A DNA stretch of 61,792 nucleotides from Oscillospiraceae bacterium (GCA_022508785.1 JAFLUN010000001.1:12971-74762); one strand, 5' to 3'; positions 9,441-19,262 are shown, counted from the stretch's first letter. Notes: generated by a model from the letters alone, not told the origin. Program-made: numbers and translations.

Positions 9441-9445
9441 GAAAT

Positions 9446-9474
9446 ATTGTACTTTATATATACTAATTTGTCAA
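9446..9474 (-). promoter_or_regulatory. Sigma-A promoter TTGACA-17-TACAAT
   Basis: On the minus strand, TTGACA (9469-9474), a 17-nt spacer and TACAAT (9446-9451). Confidence 0.6.
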
Positions 9475-9587
9475 CAATTTGCCATATTCTGTAATAAATG
9501 TGTCATTTTTACAAAAGCACTTTTAAATAAAAAAATAAAATGCCGTAGCTTTCTACAGCATTTTATTTGTATAGGGTTTATTATTAT

Positions 9588-10889
9588 TTATATAGCTCTT
9601 TTATTTGAACTTTTCGCTGATTTAGTAGTAAGAGTAACAGGCTTTCTATCACTGTCACGAATAATCTCCGGCTCCGCGCCGTTTTCAACGCAGTCACGGG
9701 TGATTATGATTTTTGAAACGGTACAGTCAGACGGGGCGCCGTACATTATAGGCATAAGGACATTTTCCAAAATACCCCTAAGACCTCTTGCCCCTGTTTT
9801 TTGCGCCAAGGTTTTGTCTGCAACGGAAACGAGAGCGTCGTTTGAAAATTCAAGCTCAATATTATCCATCTTGAAAAGCTCTGTAAACTGCTTGATTAAA
9901 GCATTTTTAGGCTCGGAAAGAATCTTGATAAGGTCCTCACGGCGAAGCTGCTGAAGCCCTGTAATTACAGGAAGTCTCCCTACAAGCTCCGGAATAAGAC
10001 CGAATTTCACCAAATCCTGAGCAATAATTTTTGAATAAACATCTTCGTCTGCAAATTCCTGCTTATTCTTAATCTCAGCGCCGAAGCCAAGACCCGAATT
10101 GCCCATTCTTTTCTCGACTATCTTTTCAATTCCGTCAAATGCGCCGCCGCATATAAACAGAATTTTCGAGGTGTCAATTTGAATGAACTCCTGCTGAGGG
10201 TGCTTTCTTCCGCCCTGTGGCGGAACATTTGAAACGGTGCCCTCTAAAATTTTCAAAAGCGCCTGCTGAACACCCTCACCGCTTACATCTCTGGTAATTG
10301 ACGGATTTTCGGATTTACGTGCAATTTTGTCAATTTCATCTACATAAATTATGCCGTGCTCTGCCTTTTCAATATCATAATCCGCCGCTTGTATGAGGCG
10401 CAAAAGGATATTTTCAACGTCTTCGCCAACATAGCCTGCTTCTGTAAGAGTTGTTGCGTCTGCAATGGCAAAGGGTACGTCAATTATTCTTGCCAAGGTT
10501 TGCGCAAGCATGGTTTTGCCTACGCCCGTAGGACCTAAAAGCACAATATTGCTTTTTTGAATGTCAACATCAGAGTTTCCGCCGTAATACACCCTTTTAT
10601 AATGGTTGTAAACGGCAACGCTGAGAGCTTTCTTAGCCTCATCCTGACCTATAACATATTCGTCAAGCTTCTCTTTTATTTCCTGGGGCTTAGGAATAAC
10701 CTTTTCTTCGATTTTAACCTTTTTGCCGCGGGGTCTTGAATTGTCTTCTTCACCACAGATTATACCGGCGCACAAATCGACACATTCATCGCAAATGTAA
10801 ACGCCGGGGCCTGCAATAAGTTTTTCAACCTGCTCCTGCGGCTTACCGCAAAAGGAGCATCTTACAGACTTTTCGTTATCTCTTGCCAT
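9588..10889 (-). CDS. clpX: ATP-dependent Clp protease ATP-binding subunit ClpX
   Basis: N-terminal zinc finger CSFCGK...CDEC, Walker A GPTGVGKT, and a position directly after clpP. Confidence 0.95.
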   Translation of the reverse strand: MARDNEKSVRCSFCGKPQEQVEKLIAGPGVYICDECVDLCAGIICGEEDNSRPRGKKVKIEEKVIPKPQEIKEKLDEYVIGQDEAKKALSVAVYNHYKRVYYGGNSDVDIQKSNIVLLGPTGVGKTMLAQTLARIIDVPFAIADATTLTEAGYVGEDVENILLRLIQAADYDIEKAEHGIIYVDEIDKIARKSENPSITRDVSGEGVQQALLKILEGTVSNVPPQGGRKHPQQEFIQIDTSKILFICGGAFDGIEKIVEKRMGNSGLGFGAEIKNKQEFADEDVYSKIIAQDLVKFGLIPELVGRLPVITGLQQLRREDLIKILSEPKNALIKQFTELFKMDNIELEFSNDALVSVADKTLAQKTGARGLRGILENVLMPIMYGAPSDCTVSKIIITRDCVENGAEPEIIRDSDRKPVTLTTKSAKSSNKRAI

Positions 10890-10906
10890 ATTATTTCTCC
10901 AAAAAA

Positions 10907-11488
10907 TTATCTTTTATCGAACACTTTGTCAATAAGACCGTATTCAAGCGCCTCATGAGCAGACATAAAGTTATCTCTTTCAGTGTCAATAGCTATCTGT
11001 TCAATAGGCTTGCCTGTGTTCTCAGCAAGTATTTTATTAAGTTTATCTCTTGTTCTTAAAATATGGTCTGCGGTAATTTTAATATCACTTGCCTGACCCT
11101 GTGCGCCGCCTGAAGGCTGGTGTATCATAATTTCGCTGTTGGGAAGAGCATATCTTTTGCCCTTAGCGCCTGAGGAAAGCAAGAATGCGCCCATAGATGC
11201 CGCCATACCCATGCAGATGGTTGAAACATCGCATTTAATATACTGCATTGTGTCGTAAATCGCAAGACCTGCAGTAACTGAACCGCCGGGGCTGTTAATG
11301 TAGAGGCTTATGTCCTTTTCACTGTCCTGACCCTCAAGATACAAAAGCTGAGCTACAACAAGGGAAGCGGTAGCATCGTTAACCTCATCGGAAAGAACGA
11401 TTATACGGTCATTTAAAAGGCGAGAGAAGATGTCGTATGAGCGCTCTCCTCTTCCTGTCTGTTCTACAACATACGGTACAAGTGCCAT
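10907..11488 (-). CDS. clpP: ATP-dependent Clp protease proteolytic subunit
   Basis: [14 protein letters not shown]...[11 protein letters not shown]...MIHQP motifs. Confidence 0.95.
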   Translation of the reverse strand: MALVPYVVEQTGRGERSYDIFSRLLNDRIIVLSDEVNDATASLVVAQLLYLEGQDSEKDISLYINSPGGSVTAGLAIYDTMQYIKCDVSTICMGMAASMGAFLLSSGAKGKRYALPNSEIMIHQPSGGAQGQASDIKITADHILRTRDKLNKILAENTGKPIEQIAIDTERDNFMSAHEALEYGLIDKVFDKR

Positions 11489-11525
11489 AAAAATTCCTCC
11501 TTATTGGCATTTAGTTTAAAGTATT

Positions 11526-11579
11526 AAAGAATTGTCCTGTAAGTAAACGCCGATTTACTTAATTATTGGACAATTCTTT
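11526..11579 (-). terminator. Long imperfect stem-loop between tig and clpP (possible partial terminator)
   Basis: 12-bp outer arms AAAGAATTGTCC/GGACAATTCTTT enclose an inner TAAGTAAA/TTTACTTA stem. The downstream U-tract is weak. Confidence 0.35.
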
Positions 11580-11615
11580 AACGTCTAAACATTATTTACT
11601 TAAATTACCGAAAAA

Positions 11616-13043
11616 TTATTCTTCGGTCTTTTTAGCTGTCTTCTTTGCTGCGGGTTTCTTAGCAGGCTTTTCTGCGCTGTCTTTCTTTGCGGCAGTTTTC
11701 TTTGCAGGCTTTTCTTCACCGTCAGCCTTTTCTGCTGCTTTCTTGGAAGGAGCTTTCTTTGCTGCCTTTTCTTCTGCTACTGCATTGTCTTTAATAAGAC
11801 CTATAGCTTTCTGTGACTTAATATCCCCTGCAAGATTTTCTGCAGGCACTGCCTTCTTAATTGCATCAACATCCATGTTGTATGCCTTTGAAAGCTTCTC
11901 ATACTCAGCGTCTAAGTCAGCATCGGTTGCCTCAATATTTTCTGCCTTAACGATAGCTTCAAGAGCGAGTTTAAGCTTAACCTGATTTTCGGCAGGTGTT
12001 TTATAATTTTCCAAAAGCTTATCTTTATCCATGCCAGTGTACATAAGGTATGTATTAAGATCCATGCCCTGCATTTGAAGTCTGTAGGCAAACTCTTCAA
12101 CCATTTCCTCTGCTTCTTTTTCAATCATAACAGCAGGGATTTCTGCTTCTATGCCGTTTGCTACCTTCTCAAGGAGCTCGTTTGTGAAAGCTGTATCGGC
12201 ATCTGCCTTTTTCTTCTCCTCAAGGTCTGACTTTATGTGCTTTTTAAGCTCGTCAAGTGTGTCAAATTCGCTTACATCCTTAACAAATTCATCGTCAAGA
12301 GCAGGAAGCTCTTTTACTTTAATTTCGTGAAGCTTAATTTTGAAAACAGCGTCTTTAGAAGCAAGCTCTGCGTGATAATCCTCAGGGAAAGTAACATTTA
12401 CGTCAAATTCTTCACCTGTTTTGTGACCGATAATCTGATCTTCAAAGCCGGGGATGAATGAACCTGAACCGATTACAAGCTCATAATTTTCAGCCTTACC
12501 GCCGTCAAATGCCACGCCGTCCACAAAGCCTTCAAAGTCGATAACTGCTGTGTCGTCCTTCTTAACTGCTCTGTCGTCAACGCTGACCATGCGGCTGTTC
12601 TGATCCTGCATTCTGGCAAGCTCTATCTTAACTTCGTCAGCAGTAACCTTTACAGCAGGCTTTGATGCCTTTACGCCTTTATACTCACCTAATTTTACCT
12701 CAGGCTTAACTGTTACTTTAAATTTCATTTCTACGCCGTTTTTGCCGATTTCGGTTACATCAAGATCAAAGGGCGTGTCAACAATGTCAAGCTCAGCCTC
12801 TTTAATAGCCTCGCTTACGGCATCGGGATAAACGATTTCAAGAGCGTCTTCATAAAATACGCCTTCGCCGTACATCTTCTCAATAAATGTTCTGGGGGCC
12901 TTACCTTTTCTGAAACCCTTTACGGTGATATTCTTTCTCTGCTTTAAGTATGCCTTTTGAATTGCTGCTTCAAAGGTCTCAGCGTCGATTGAAATTTCAA
13001 CCTCGTAAACATTGGTTTCAACTTTGTTTGATGATTTTAACAT
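11616..13043 (-). CDS. tig: Trigger factor (peptidyl-prolyl isomerase) with Lys/Ala-rich C-terminal extension
   Basis: The N-terminal ribosome-binding motif GFRKGKAP, an FKBP-like middle domain and the tig-clpP-clpX synteny support the call. The last ~50 aa are AKK/PAKK-rich. Confidence 0.92.
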   Translation of the reverse strand: MLKSSNKVETNVYEVEISIDAETFEAAIQKAYLKQRKNITVKGFRKGKAPRTFIEKMYGEGVFYEDALEIVYPDAVSEAIKEAELDIVDTPFDLDVTEIGKNGVEMKFKVTVKPEVKLGEYKGVKASKPAVKVTADEVKIELARMQDQNSRMVSVDDRAVKKDDTAVIDFEGFVDGVAFDGGKAENYELVIGSGSFIPGFEDQIIGHKTGEEFDVNVTFPEDYHAELASKDAVFKIKLHEIKVKELPALDDEFVKDVSEFDTLDELKKHIKSDLEEKKKADADTAFTNELLEKVANGIEAEIPAVMIEKEAEEMVEEFAYRLQMQGMDLNTYLMYTGMDKDKLLENYKTPAENQVKLKLALEAIVKAENIEATDADLDAEYEKLSKAYNMDVDAIKKAVPAENLAGDIKSQKAIGLIKDNAVAEEKAAKKAPSKKAAEKADGEEKPAKKTAAKKDSAEKPAKKPAAKKTAKKTEE

Positions 13044-13087
13044 TAACTTATTCCTCCTGAATACATTTGTATTCCATAATCCTTGAT

Positions 13088-13116
13088 ATTATAGCACAAG
13101 TAAAATTAAAATACAA
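13088..13116 (-). promoter_or_regulatory. Putative sigma-A promoter for tig (TTGTAT-17-TGcTATAAT)
   Basis: On the minus strand, -35 is at 13111-13116 and -10 at 13088-13093 with an upstream TG. Confidence 0.45.
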
Positions 13117-13152
13117 TATTTTCCTTAAATTTCAGTGCTTTGCACATCGAAA

Positions 13153-13839
13153 TCACGGAACATAAACACATTTTGGACAAAATCCCAAATAATCTGCCGA
13201 AATTAGTCTGAAATCTATTCCGTATTTTTCACCGTTAAAGGCATATTTGGAAGCCGCACCGTGCAAATGACCGTAGTAACAGCGTTTAATACTGTAACGG
13301 CTCAGCACTTCAACTATCTGCTCGCAGTCTTTCGTTGCCGACACGGGCGGATAATGAAGAAACACCACCGTTTCTCCTCCCAGCTCTTTTGCATCAAGAA
13401 TTGAGCGTTCTATTCTTGCACATTCCCTTGCCATAACCTTTCCGTCCGATTCAGCATCATAAAACCAGCCACGGCTGCCTGCCACGGCAAATTCACCCAC
13501 ACGGTAGGCGTTATTATGCAAAATTTTTAAAGAATCAAATCCGTTTTCTTTAAAAAACGCATCAATTTTCGTCTTTGTACTCCACCAAAAATCGTGATTT
13601 CCCTTGACGATAATCTTAGTTCCGTTAAGCGAATTTAAAAATTTGAAATCCTCATACGATTCATCAAGGCTCATTCCCCAAGAAATATCACCGTCAATTA
13701 CGACTGTGTCATCGGGACTTACAAGCTTTTGCCAATTATTTTTAAGACGGTCGGTATAGTCACACCAACCGTCGAAAACATCCATAGGTTTATCGGTCGC
13801 CAACGATAAATGCGTATCTCCGATAACAAATAAAGACAT
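13153..13839 (-). CDS. Metallophosphoesterase (calcineurin-like)
   Basis: Motifs GDTHL, GDISWG, GNHD and GHLH occur in the canonical order. Confidence 0.75.
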   Translation of the reverse strand: MSLFVIGDTHLSLATDKPMDVFDGWCDYTDRLKNNWQKLVSPDDTVVIDGDISWGMSLDESYEDFKFLNSLNGTKIIVKGNHDFWWSTKTKIDAFFKENGFDSLKILHNNAYRVGEFAVAGSRGWFYDAESDGKVMARECARIERSILDAKELGGETVVFLHYPPVSATKDCEQIVEVLSRYSIKRCYYGHLHGAASKYAFNGEKYGIDFRLISADYLGFCPKCVYVP

Positions 13840-13904
13840 ATCAAAACTCCAATGAATAAATTTTAAAAAAGTGCAAAAAATATTGCTGAAGGGAGGTTAA
13901 TAAA

Positions 13905-14075
13905 ATGGATAACCACAACAGAATTACTTGCGACGCACAAAACTGCCATTACAATGACGGCAATGACCACTGCACCGCCGCCGCTATTAAAGTAGGTACT
14001 CATCAGGCTTGCTGCTGCGACGACACAAGATGCGCAACATTTACACTTGAATCAGAGTGCAAAGACTGCAAATAA
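13905..14075 (+). CDS. DUF1540-like small Cys-rich protein (56 aa, below the ORF-track cutoff)
   Basis: GGGAGG lies 7 nt upstream of the ATG. The translation is MDNHNRITCDAQNCHYNDGNDHCTAAAIKVGTHQACCCDDTRCATFTLESECKDCK, with the C-x-x-x-C-x-x-N...C...I-x-V...T-x-C-x-T-F pattern. A terminator follows. Confidence 0.6.
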   Translation: MDNHNRITCDAQNCHYNDGNDHCTAAAIKVGTHQACCCDDTRCATFTLESECKDCK

Positions 14076-14092
14076 AACCTTAAATAAATTTA

Positions 14093-14127
14093 ATGCGGGA
14101 GCCAAATGCACGGCTTCCGCATTTTTT
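14093..14127 (+). terminator. Rho-independent terminator
   Basis: The GCGGGAGCC/GGCTTCCGC stem is followed by T7. Confidence 0.65.
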
Positions 14128-14171
14128 TAGGTAGCCACTGATTGATTAACGGCTGACACCGGAGTTTACAC

Positions 14172-15665
14172 CTATATTCCGAGCATATCAAAAACGACCT
14201 GCTTCATATCGTTTTTGTTGCAAACTTGCTTAAATCTCGGTGACTTACCTTTCAGTGAAGCGAGCTGAGCGGGAACAGGTTCGCCTGATTTTGCAAAAAG
14301 CTCGTCAACCATATCAAATTCATTATCTGCCTTGATTTCTTTTGAAACGGCAGAAAGAACGCTTGCCGAGAATTTATACGGATTAGCGGTTGATGCGATT
14401 ACGGCAGGAGTGCTGTCCCCTGTTTGCGCTTTATAGCTTTTATAAACATTTAAAGCCACTGCCGTGTGAGTGTCGCAAAGATAATTCTTTGAATTAAATA
14501 TTTCAGTTATTGTACCCTTTGTGGCAAAATCATCGCAGCAGCCTGCATCAAATAAAGCCTTAATCTGTGCAAACACTTCGTCTGTAACGGTGTATTTACC
14601 GCACTCCGAAAGGCTTTGCATCCATTCGCGAACTTGACTGTCATCCTCACCGCTGAGATGGAAAAGAAGACGTTCAAGGTTACTTGAAATCAAAATATCC
14701 ATTGACGGTGATGTTGTGCAGTAAAAATCGCGGTTTTTGTCATAAGTACCGCTCTTAAGAAAATCGGTCAGTACATTATTTGCATTTGAGGCACAAATAA
14801 GCGTTTTAACGGGGATTCCCATTTTTTTCGCATAGTACGCAGCTAAAATGTTGCCGAAATTGCCTGTGGGAACTACTATATTTATTTCTTCGCCCAAAGC
14901 TACTGCACCCTTTTCTACCATATCGCAGTAAGCTGATACATAGTAAACGATTTGCGGAACAAGTCTGCCCCAGTTAATTGAATTTGCAGAAGAAAATGCA
15001 AGATTATTTTCTTTAAATTTCTTTTCAATGTCTTTGTCTGTAAAAATTGCTTTTACACCGCTTTGAGCATCGTCAAAATTACCCTCAATGGCGCAAACGC
15101 TGACATTTTCGCCCTCCTGAGTTGTCATTTGAAGCTTTTGCATGGGGCTTACACCGTCAACGGGATAGAAAACCAATATCTTCGTATTCGGAACATCCTT
15201 AAAGCCTTCGAGAGCGGCTTTGCCCGTATCGCCCGAGGTTGCTACAAGAATAACTATTTCAGTATCTTTAAGCGTTTTTTCCGAGGCTGTTGTAAGAAGG
15301 TAAGGCAAAAGCTGAAGAGCCATATCCTTAAATGCGCAGGTAGGTCCTCTCCAAAGCTCAAGAACATACTCTCCGTCAGCTAATTCATAAAGCGGCGCAA
15401 CCTTATTCGAACTGAATTTGCCCTGTTTATATGCGCCCTCAACGCAGTACGAAATCTCTTCATCGGTAAAATCAGTAAGATAAAGGCTTAACACTCTTTT
15501 TGCTCTTTCGATGTATGAAAGAGGAATAAGCTCTTTAATAAAATCCTCGTTTATTTTCGGAATTTCTGTGGGAACAAAAAGTCCGCCGTCGGAAGATATA
15601 CCTTTTGTTATAGCCTCCGAAGCAGTAACACGAACCGACTTGTCTCTTGTACTTGTGTAATACAT
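14172..15665 (-). CDS. thrC: Threonine synthase (long form)
   Basis: MYYTSTRDK...GGLFVP N-terminus and the PLP-lysine region CAFKDMALQ. AAGGAG precedes the ATG at 15665, so the track start at 15695 is probably too far upstream. Confidence 0.88.
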   Translation of the reverse strand: MYYTSTRDKSVRVTASEAITKGISSDGGLFVPTEIPKINEDFIKELIPLSYIERAKRVLSLYLTDFTDEEISYCVEGAYKQGKFSSNKVAPLYELADGEYVLELWRGPTCAFKDMALQLLPYLLTTASEKTLKDTEIVILVATSGDTGKAALEGFKDVPNTKILVFYPVDGVSPMQKLQMTTQEGENVSVCAIEGNFDDAQSGVKAIFTDKDIEKKFKENNLAFSSANSINWGRLVPQIVYYVSAYCDMVEKGAVALGEEINIVVPTGNFGNILAAYYAKKMGIPVKTLICASNANNVLTDFLKSGTYDKNRDFYCTTSPSMDILISSNLERLLFHLSGEDDSQVREWMQSLSECGKYTVTDEVFAQIKALFDAGCCDDFATKGTITEIFNSKNYLCDTHTAVALNVYKSYKAQTGDSTPAVIASTANPYKFSASVLSAVSKEIKADNEFDMVDELFAKSGEPVPAQLASLKGKSPRFKQVCNKNDMKQVVFDMLGI

Positions 15666-15697
15666 AATCTCAACGCTCCTTGCGAAAAAATACAAAT

Positions 15698-16075
15698 TTA
15701 TTGACCGTTACCGTCAAAAGCCGCTTCAATATGATGAAGGTCTGACGGCTCATCATCTTTAAAATAAACCTCAATAATATCAAACCGAGGCTGACGCTTT
15801 AAATCATAGCTTTTAAGAAAAAGATTTGCCGATGAAATAATTTTACTGCGTTTACTGAAATCTACTGCATCGGCAGGTGAAAAATAACTGCTTTCACCTC
15901 TCGTTTTAACCTCAATAAAACATATATATTTTCTGTCTTCGGCTATAATATCAATTTCGCCGAATTTACAGCGGTAATTTACCGTAATTATTTTGTAACC
16001 GTGAAATCGGAGATAACGCAGAGCCGTAAGCTCACCGTAATCACCTGTCATTTTATTATCCATTGGATTCATCAC
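15698..16075 (-). CDS. yraN: YraN-family (UPF0102) endonuclease
   Basis: GELTALRYL...GEIDIIA...FIEVKTR motifs, in the conserved position after rnhB. Confidence 0.8.
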   Translation of the reverse strand: MMNPMDNKMTGDYGELTALRYLRFHGYKIITVNYRCKFGEIDIIAEDRKYICFIEVKTRGESSYFSPADAVDFSKRSKIISSANLFLKSYDLKRQPRFDIIEVYFKDDEPSDLHHIEAAFDGNGQ

Positions 16076-16667
16076 CTAAAATCTTTTTAAGGAAAGACCT
16101 GCGATGAATGGGCGAAACGCCGTATTTTTCAATCATTTCATAGTGAAGACGGGTTCCGTAGCCCTTGTGCTTTTCAAATTGATATTCGGGGTATTCTTCT
16201 GCCTTCTTTAGCATAAATCTGTCACGGGAAACCTTGGCGATAATTGACGCCGCCGCAACGGACATAACCTTGCCGTCACCTTTTACGACCGTTTCCTCGG
16301 AAATACCTGAGTTCGGCGCACGGTTTCCGTCAATATAAGCAAAATCAGGGCGTATTTCAAGACCGTTTATTGCTCTTTTCATTGCAAGAAATGTGGCATT
16401 CAAAATGTTTATTTCGTCAATTTCCTTTTCGTCTGCAATGCCCACGGAATAACAGACAGCCTCTTTTGTTATTATATCAAAAAGCTCTTCCCTTTTCTTC
16501 TCGGTTAACTTTTTTGAATCGTTAAGGCCCGCTATTTCCAACCCTGTGGGAAGAATTACCGCGGCGGCATAAACAGGGCCTGCCAAAGGGCCACGGCCTG
16601 CTTCGTCAACACCGCAAACCGTTTTAAAGCCTTTATTCATCGCCGCAATTTCAAACTCATAATCCAT
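16056..16667 (-). CDS. rnhB: Ribonuclease HII
   Basis: GVDEAGRGPLAGPV and DSKKL motifs. Confidence 0.92.
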   Translation of the reverse strand: MDYEFEIAAMNKGFKTVCGVDEAGRGPLAGPVYAAAVILPTGLEIAGLNDSKKLTEKKREELFDIITKEAVCYSVGIADEKEIDEINILNATFLAMKRAINGLEIRPDFAYIDGNRAPNSGISEETVVKGDGKVMSVAAASIIAKVSRDRFMLKKAEEYPEYQFEKHKGYGTRLHYEMIEKYGVSPIHRRSFLKKILGDESNG

Positions 16668-17539
16668 TACATATCCTCCGGAGCTTCAAGGGAAATAACT
16701 CCCAGCTTACCGCCTCGGTACTCGTCAAGAAGCATTACAGACGTGCGTTCTGTATCAATCTCACCGCCACGCATAATATTGCCCCGTTTTTTACCTATTA
16801 ACTCCAGCACTTCCCAAGCCTGCAAATCAGAAAAATCGGATATTTTATAACGCTCGCAAAGCCTTTCGGAATAATGCTCCTTCATAACCTCTAAAAGCCT
16901 TACCGCTAAAAGCTCGCTGTCAAGAATTTCGTCTTTAACGGAGCCTATGAATGCAAGCCTGTCCCCTACCTTCGGGTCGTCAAATTTCGGCCAAAGAACG
17001 CCGGGGGTGTCAAGAAGCTCAATACCGTTTCCTATAGCAAACCATTGATTGTGCCTTGTAACACCTGCTTTGTCTGCAACCTTTGCACGGGCAGCACCTG
17101 CCATTCGGTTGATAAAGGAAGATTTTCCCGTGTTGGGAATCCCCACAACCATAAGCCGAAGCGCCTTTCCTGCCATACCCTTTTCTTCATTGCTCTTGAT
17201 TTTATCCGCAAGAACAGTTTTTACGGCATTTGGAAAAGCATTCAGTCCCTTACCGCTTCGGCAGTCAACGGGAATTGCGGTAACACCTGATTTTTTATAA
17301 TAATCTATCCAGTTTTTCGTTACGGTTTTGTCCGCAAGGTCGCATTTGTTTAATAAAACTATTCTCGGTTTACCCGAAATTAACTCCGCAAGCTCAGGGT
17401 TTGAACTGCTGTACGGGATTCTTGCGTCAATAACCTCCAGAACACCGTCAACCAAATGCAGACTTTCTTTTATGAGCCTGCGTGTTTTTGCCATGTGCCC
17501 CGGAAACCATTGAACGACTTGTTTTTGACTGTCTGCCAT
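16667..17539 (-). CDS. rbgA: Ribosome biogenesis GTPase A (YlqF)
   Basis: Circularly permuted GTPase: QWFPGHM, NKCDL, then GIPNTGKSS and DTPG. Confidence 0.9.
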   Translation of the reverse strand: MADSQKQVVQWFPGHMAKTRRLIKESLHLVDGVLEVIDARIPYSSSNPELAELISGKPRIVLLNKCDLADKTVTKNWIDYYKKSGVTAIPVDCRSGKGLNAFPNAVKTVLADKIKSNEEKGMAGKALRLMVVGIPNTGKSSFINRMAGAARAKVADKAGVTRHNQWFAIGNGIELLDTPGVLWPKFDDPKVGDRLAFIGSVKDEILDSELLAVRLLEVMKEHYSERLCERYKISDFSDLQAWEVLELIGKKRGNIMRGGEIDTERTSVMLLDEYRGGKLGVISLEAPEDM

Positions 17540-17551
17540 ATTTATATCCTT

Positions 17552-18103
17552 CTATAACTCTTCCTTTTTTATTGAATAAATAACTGAGTCGTTTCTTTCT
17601 CCTGTATATTTATTTATTCTTCTGTTCCGTAAGACTGCATCTTTGTGCATACCTGCTTTTTCCATTACTCTGCCGCTTGCAGGATTACCGCTGATATGTC
17701 TTGCCTCTATCAGATAAAAATTACATTCTTTTAAAAGATATTCGATTACCGTTCTTAATGCTTCCGTTGCATAACCGTTGCCCCAAAATTTAGAGCCGTA
17801 ACAATAACCTAATTCAGCAGTAAAATGTTTTTTACTGACTGAAACTGCACTTATGCTACCAATTACTTCGTTAGTATCTTTAAGCTCAACAATCCAATTA
17901 TAACTTCCGCTATCATATCCGTTAATCCAAGATTGAATTACGGATTTAGTTTCATCAATATTTTTATGTACATCCCAACTCAAAAATTTACAGCATTCTG
18001 AATCAGTTGCCCAGTTATTGTACATACCTTCAGCATCTTCAAGTAGAAATCTTCTAAGAATCAGTCTGTTACTTTCTAATGTTTTAGTATTTAATTCTTT
18101 CAT
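17552..18103 (-). CDS. GNAT-family N-acetyltransferase (RimJ/RimL-like)
   Basis: The LILRRF..EDAEGMY N-terminus and WGNGYATEA acetyl-CoA loop are typical. Confidence 0.75.
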   Translation of the reverse strand: MKELNTKTLESNRLILRRFLLEDAEGMYNNWATDSECCKFLSWDVHKNIDETKSVIQSWINGYDSGSYNWIVELKDTNEVIGSISAVSVSKKHFTAELGYCYGSKFWGNGYATEALRTVIEYLLKECNFYLIEARHISGNPASGRVMEKAGMHKDAVLRNRRINKYTGERNDSVIYSIKKEEL

Positions 18104-18118
18104 TTTTCACATTCTTTA

Positions 18119-18652
18119 CTATCTGTCATTTTCAAACAAATGAGTATCACCGACTACATAAAGAACCTTACCCACAACATAACGCTCGTCAATAAAGCCG
18201 ATTATGGGGTCACGGCTGTCGGTTGAATCGTTACGGTTGTCCCCCATAACGAAAAGCATTCCCTCGGGAACGGTAACGCTTCCCGTCATTGACGGCGAAA
18301 AAACCATTTTTTCCGGAAGATAAGGCTCGTTAAGCTCTACCCCGTCCACAAGGACCTTTTTATGTTCACTGTCAAAGGTCACGGTTTGCCCGCCCACTGC
18401 TATAACTCTTTTAATTAAAACCTTTTTGATAACATTCGGCTGAGAAATAACTACAACATCGCCGTAATCAACAGTTTTGTTTATTGACGATATTATTACC
18501 GTGTCGCCGTTATGAAGCGTGTCTTTCATTGAATCGCCGTTAACGACTGAGGTTTTAAAGAAAAAAGCAAACACAACCGTAACAGCAAAAACAGCCGTCA
18601 TCAATATTTCAGCAAAATCATAAATAATACCTAAAGTTTTTTTGTCGCTCAT
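18119..18652 (-). CDS. lepB: Signal peptidase I
   Basis: TM anchor, GDSM (catalytic Ser), KRVIA (Lys) and GDNRNDSTDSR boxes. Confidence 0.88.
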   Translation of the reverse strand: MSDKKTLGIIYDFAEILMTAVFAVTVVFAFFFKTSVVNGDSMKDTLHNGDTVIISSINKTVDYGDVVVISQPNVIKKVLIKRVIAVGGQTVTFDSEHKKVLVDGVELNEPYLPEKMVFSPSMTGSVTVPEGMLFVMGDNRNDSTDSRDPIIGFIDERYVVGKVLYVVGDTHLFENDR

Positions 18653-19239
18653 TTTACACCACCAAAGCTGCTTACCGGCAAAAGTCTGAATTTTGCCACG
18701 CCCAAAATATAATCCTCATCAATAAAGCCTATATATTTTTCACGGCTGTCGGAAGAATGATTTCTGTTATCTCCCATTACAAAAACCTTCCCTTCGGGAA
18801 CGGTTAAAGGATAAATCATATTGCCCATAAGTGCGGTAGGCTCGGCTATGTAGGGCTCGTCCAGCACCTCGCCGTTTACTATTACCTTATGGTCAAAGAA
18901 ATCAATATCCAAAGTGTCTCCGCCTTTGGCTATAACTCTTTTAACAAGGGGTTTACCCAATGAGTTGGGCTGAGTAATTATAACAATATCGCCTCGCTCA
19001 ATAGTGGTATTTATTGACTGAACCGCAAGCCAGTCACCGTCTTGAAGCGTTGGATTCATCGAATCCTGGTTAACGCCTACTAACCTTACAAAGAAAGTAA
19101 ATACCACTAAAATAATCATAATGGAAAACATCAATGAATCTACCCATTCGTAGACAAAGCCCCAGAAGCCTTTTTTTGACTGCTTTTTTTCTTCAGTAAA
19201 ATCAAATGAAAATTCTTCTCTTTTCCTCAAGTTAATCAC
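18649..19239 (-). CDS. lepB: Signal peptidase I (tandem paralogue)
   Basis: QDSM, KRVIA and GDNRNHSSDSR boxes. It overlaps the downstream paralogue by 4 nt. Confidence 0.88.
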   Translation of the reverse strand: MINLRKREEFSFDFTEEKKQSKKGFWGFVYEWVDSLMFSIMIILVVFTFFVRLVGVNQDSMNPTLQDGDWLAVQSINTTIERGDIVIITQPNSLGKPLVKRVIAKGGDTLDIDFFDHKVIVNGEVLDEPYIAEPTALMGNMIYPLTVPEGKVFVMGDNRNHSSDSREKYIGFIDEDYILGVAKFRLLPVSSFGGVK

Positions 19240-19262
19240 CTTTTTTCATTTAAATACAACTA

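Noticed and set aside
9439-9954. 171-aa plus-strand ORF
   Set aside because: It is antisense to the clpX 3' end and to the sugar-transferase promoter. It has no RBS and a hydrophobic, junk-like translation.
11566-11985. 139-aa plus-strand ORF rich in Ala, Phe and Ser
   Set aside because: It is antisense to the Lys/Ala-rich tail of tig. It is a mirror-image artefact of a low-complexity coding region, with no RBS and no recognisable motifs.
18119-19239. Tandem signal peptidase I genes as something novel
   Set aside because: Both keep all catalytic boxes. Multiple SipS/SipT-type paralogues next to rbgA-rnhB are ordinary in Firmicutes.
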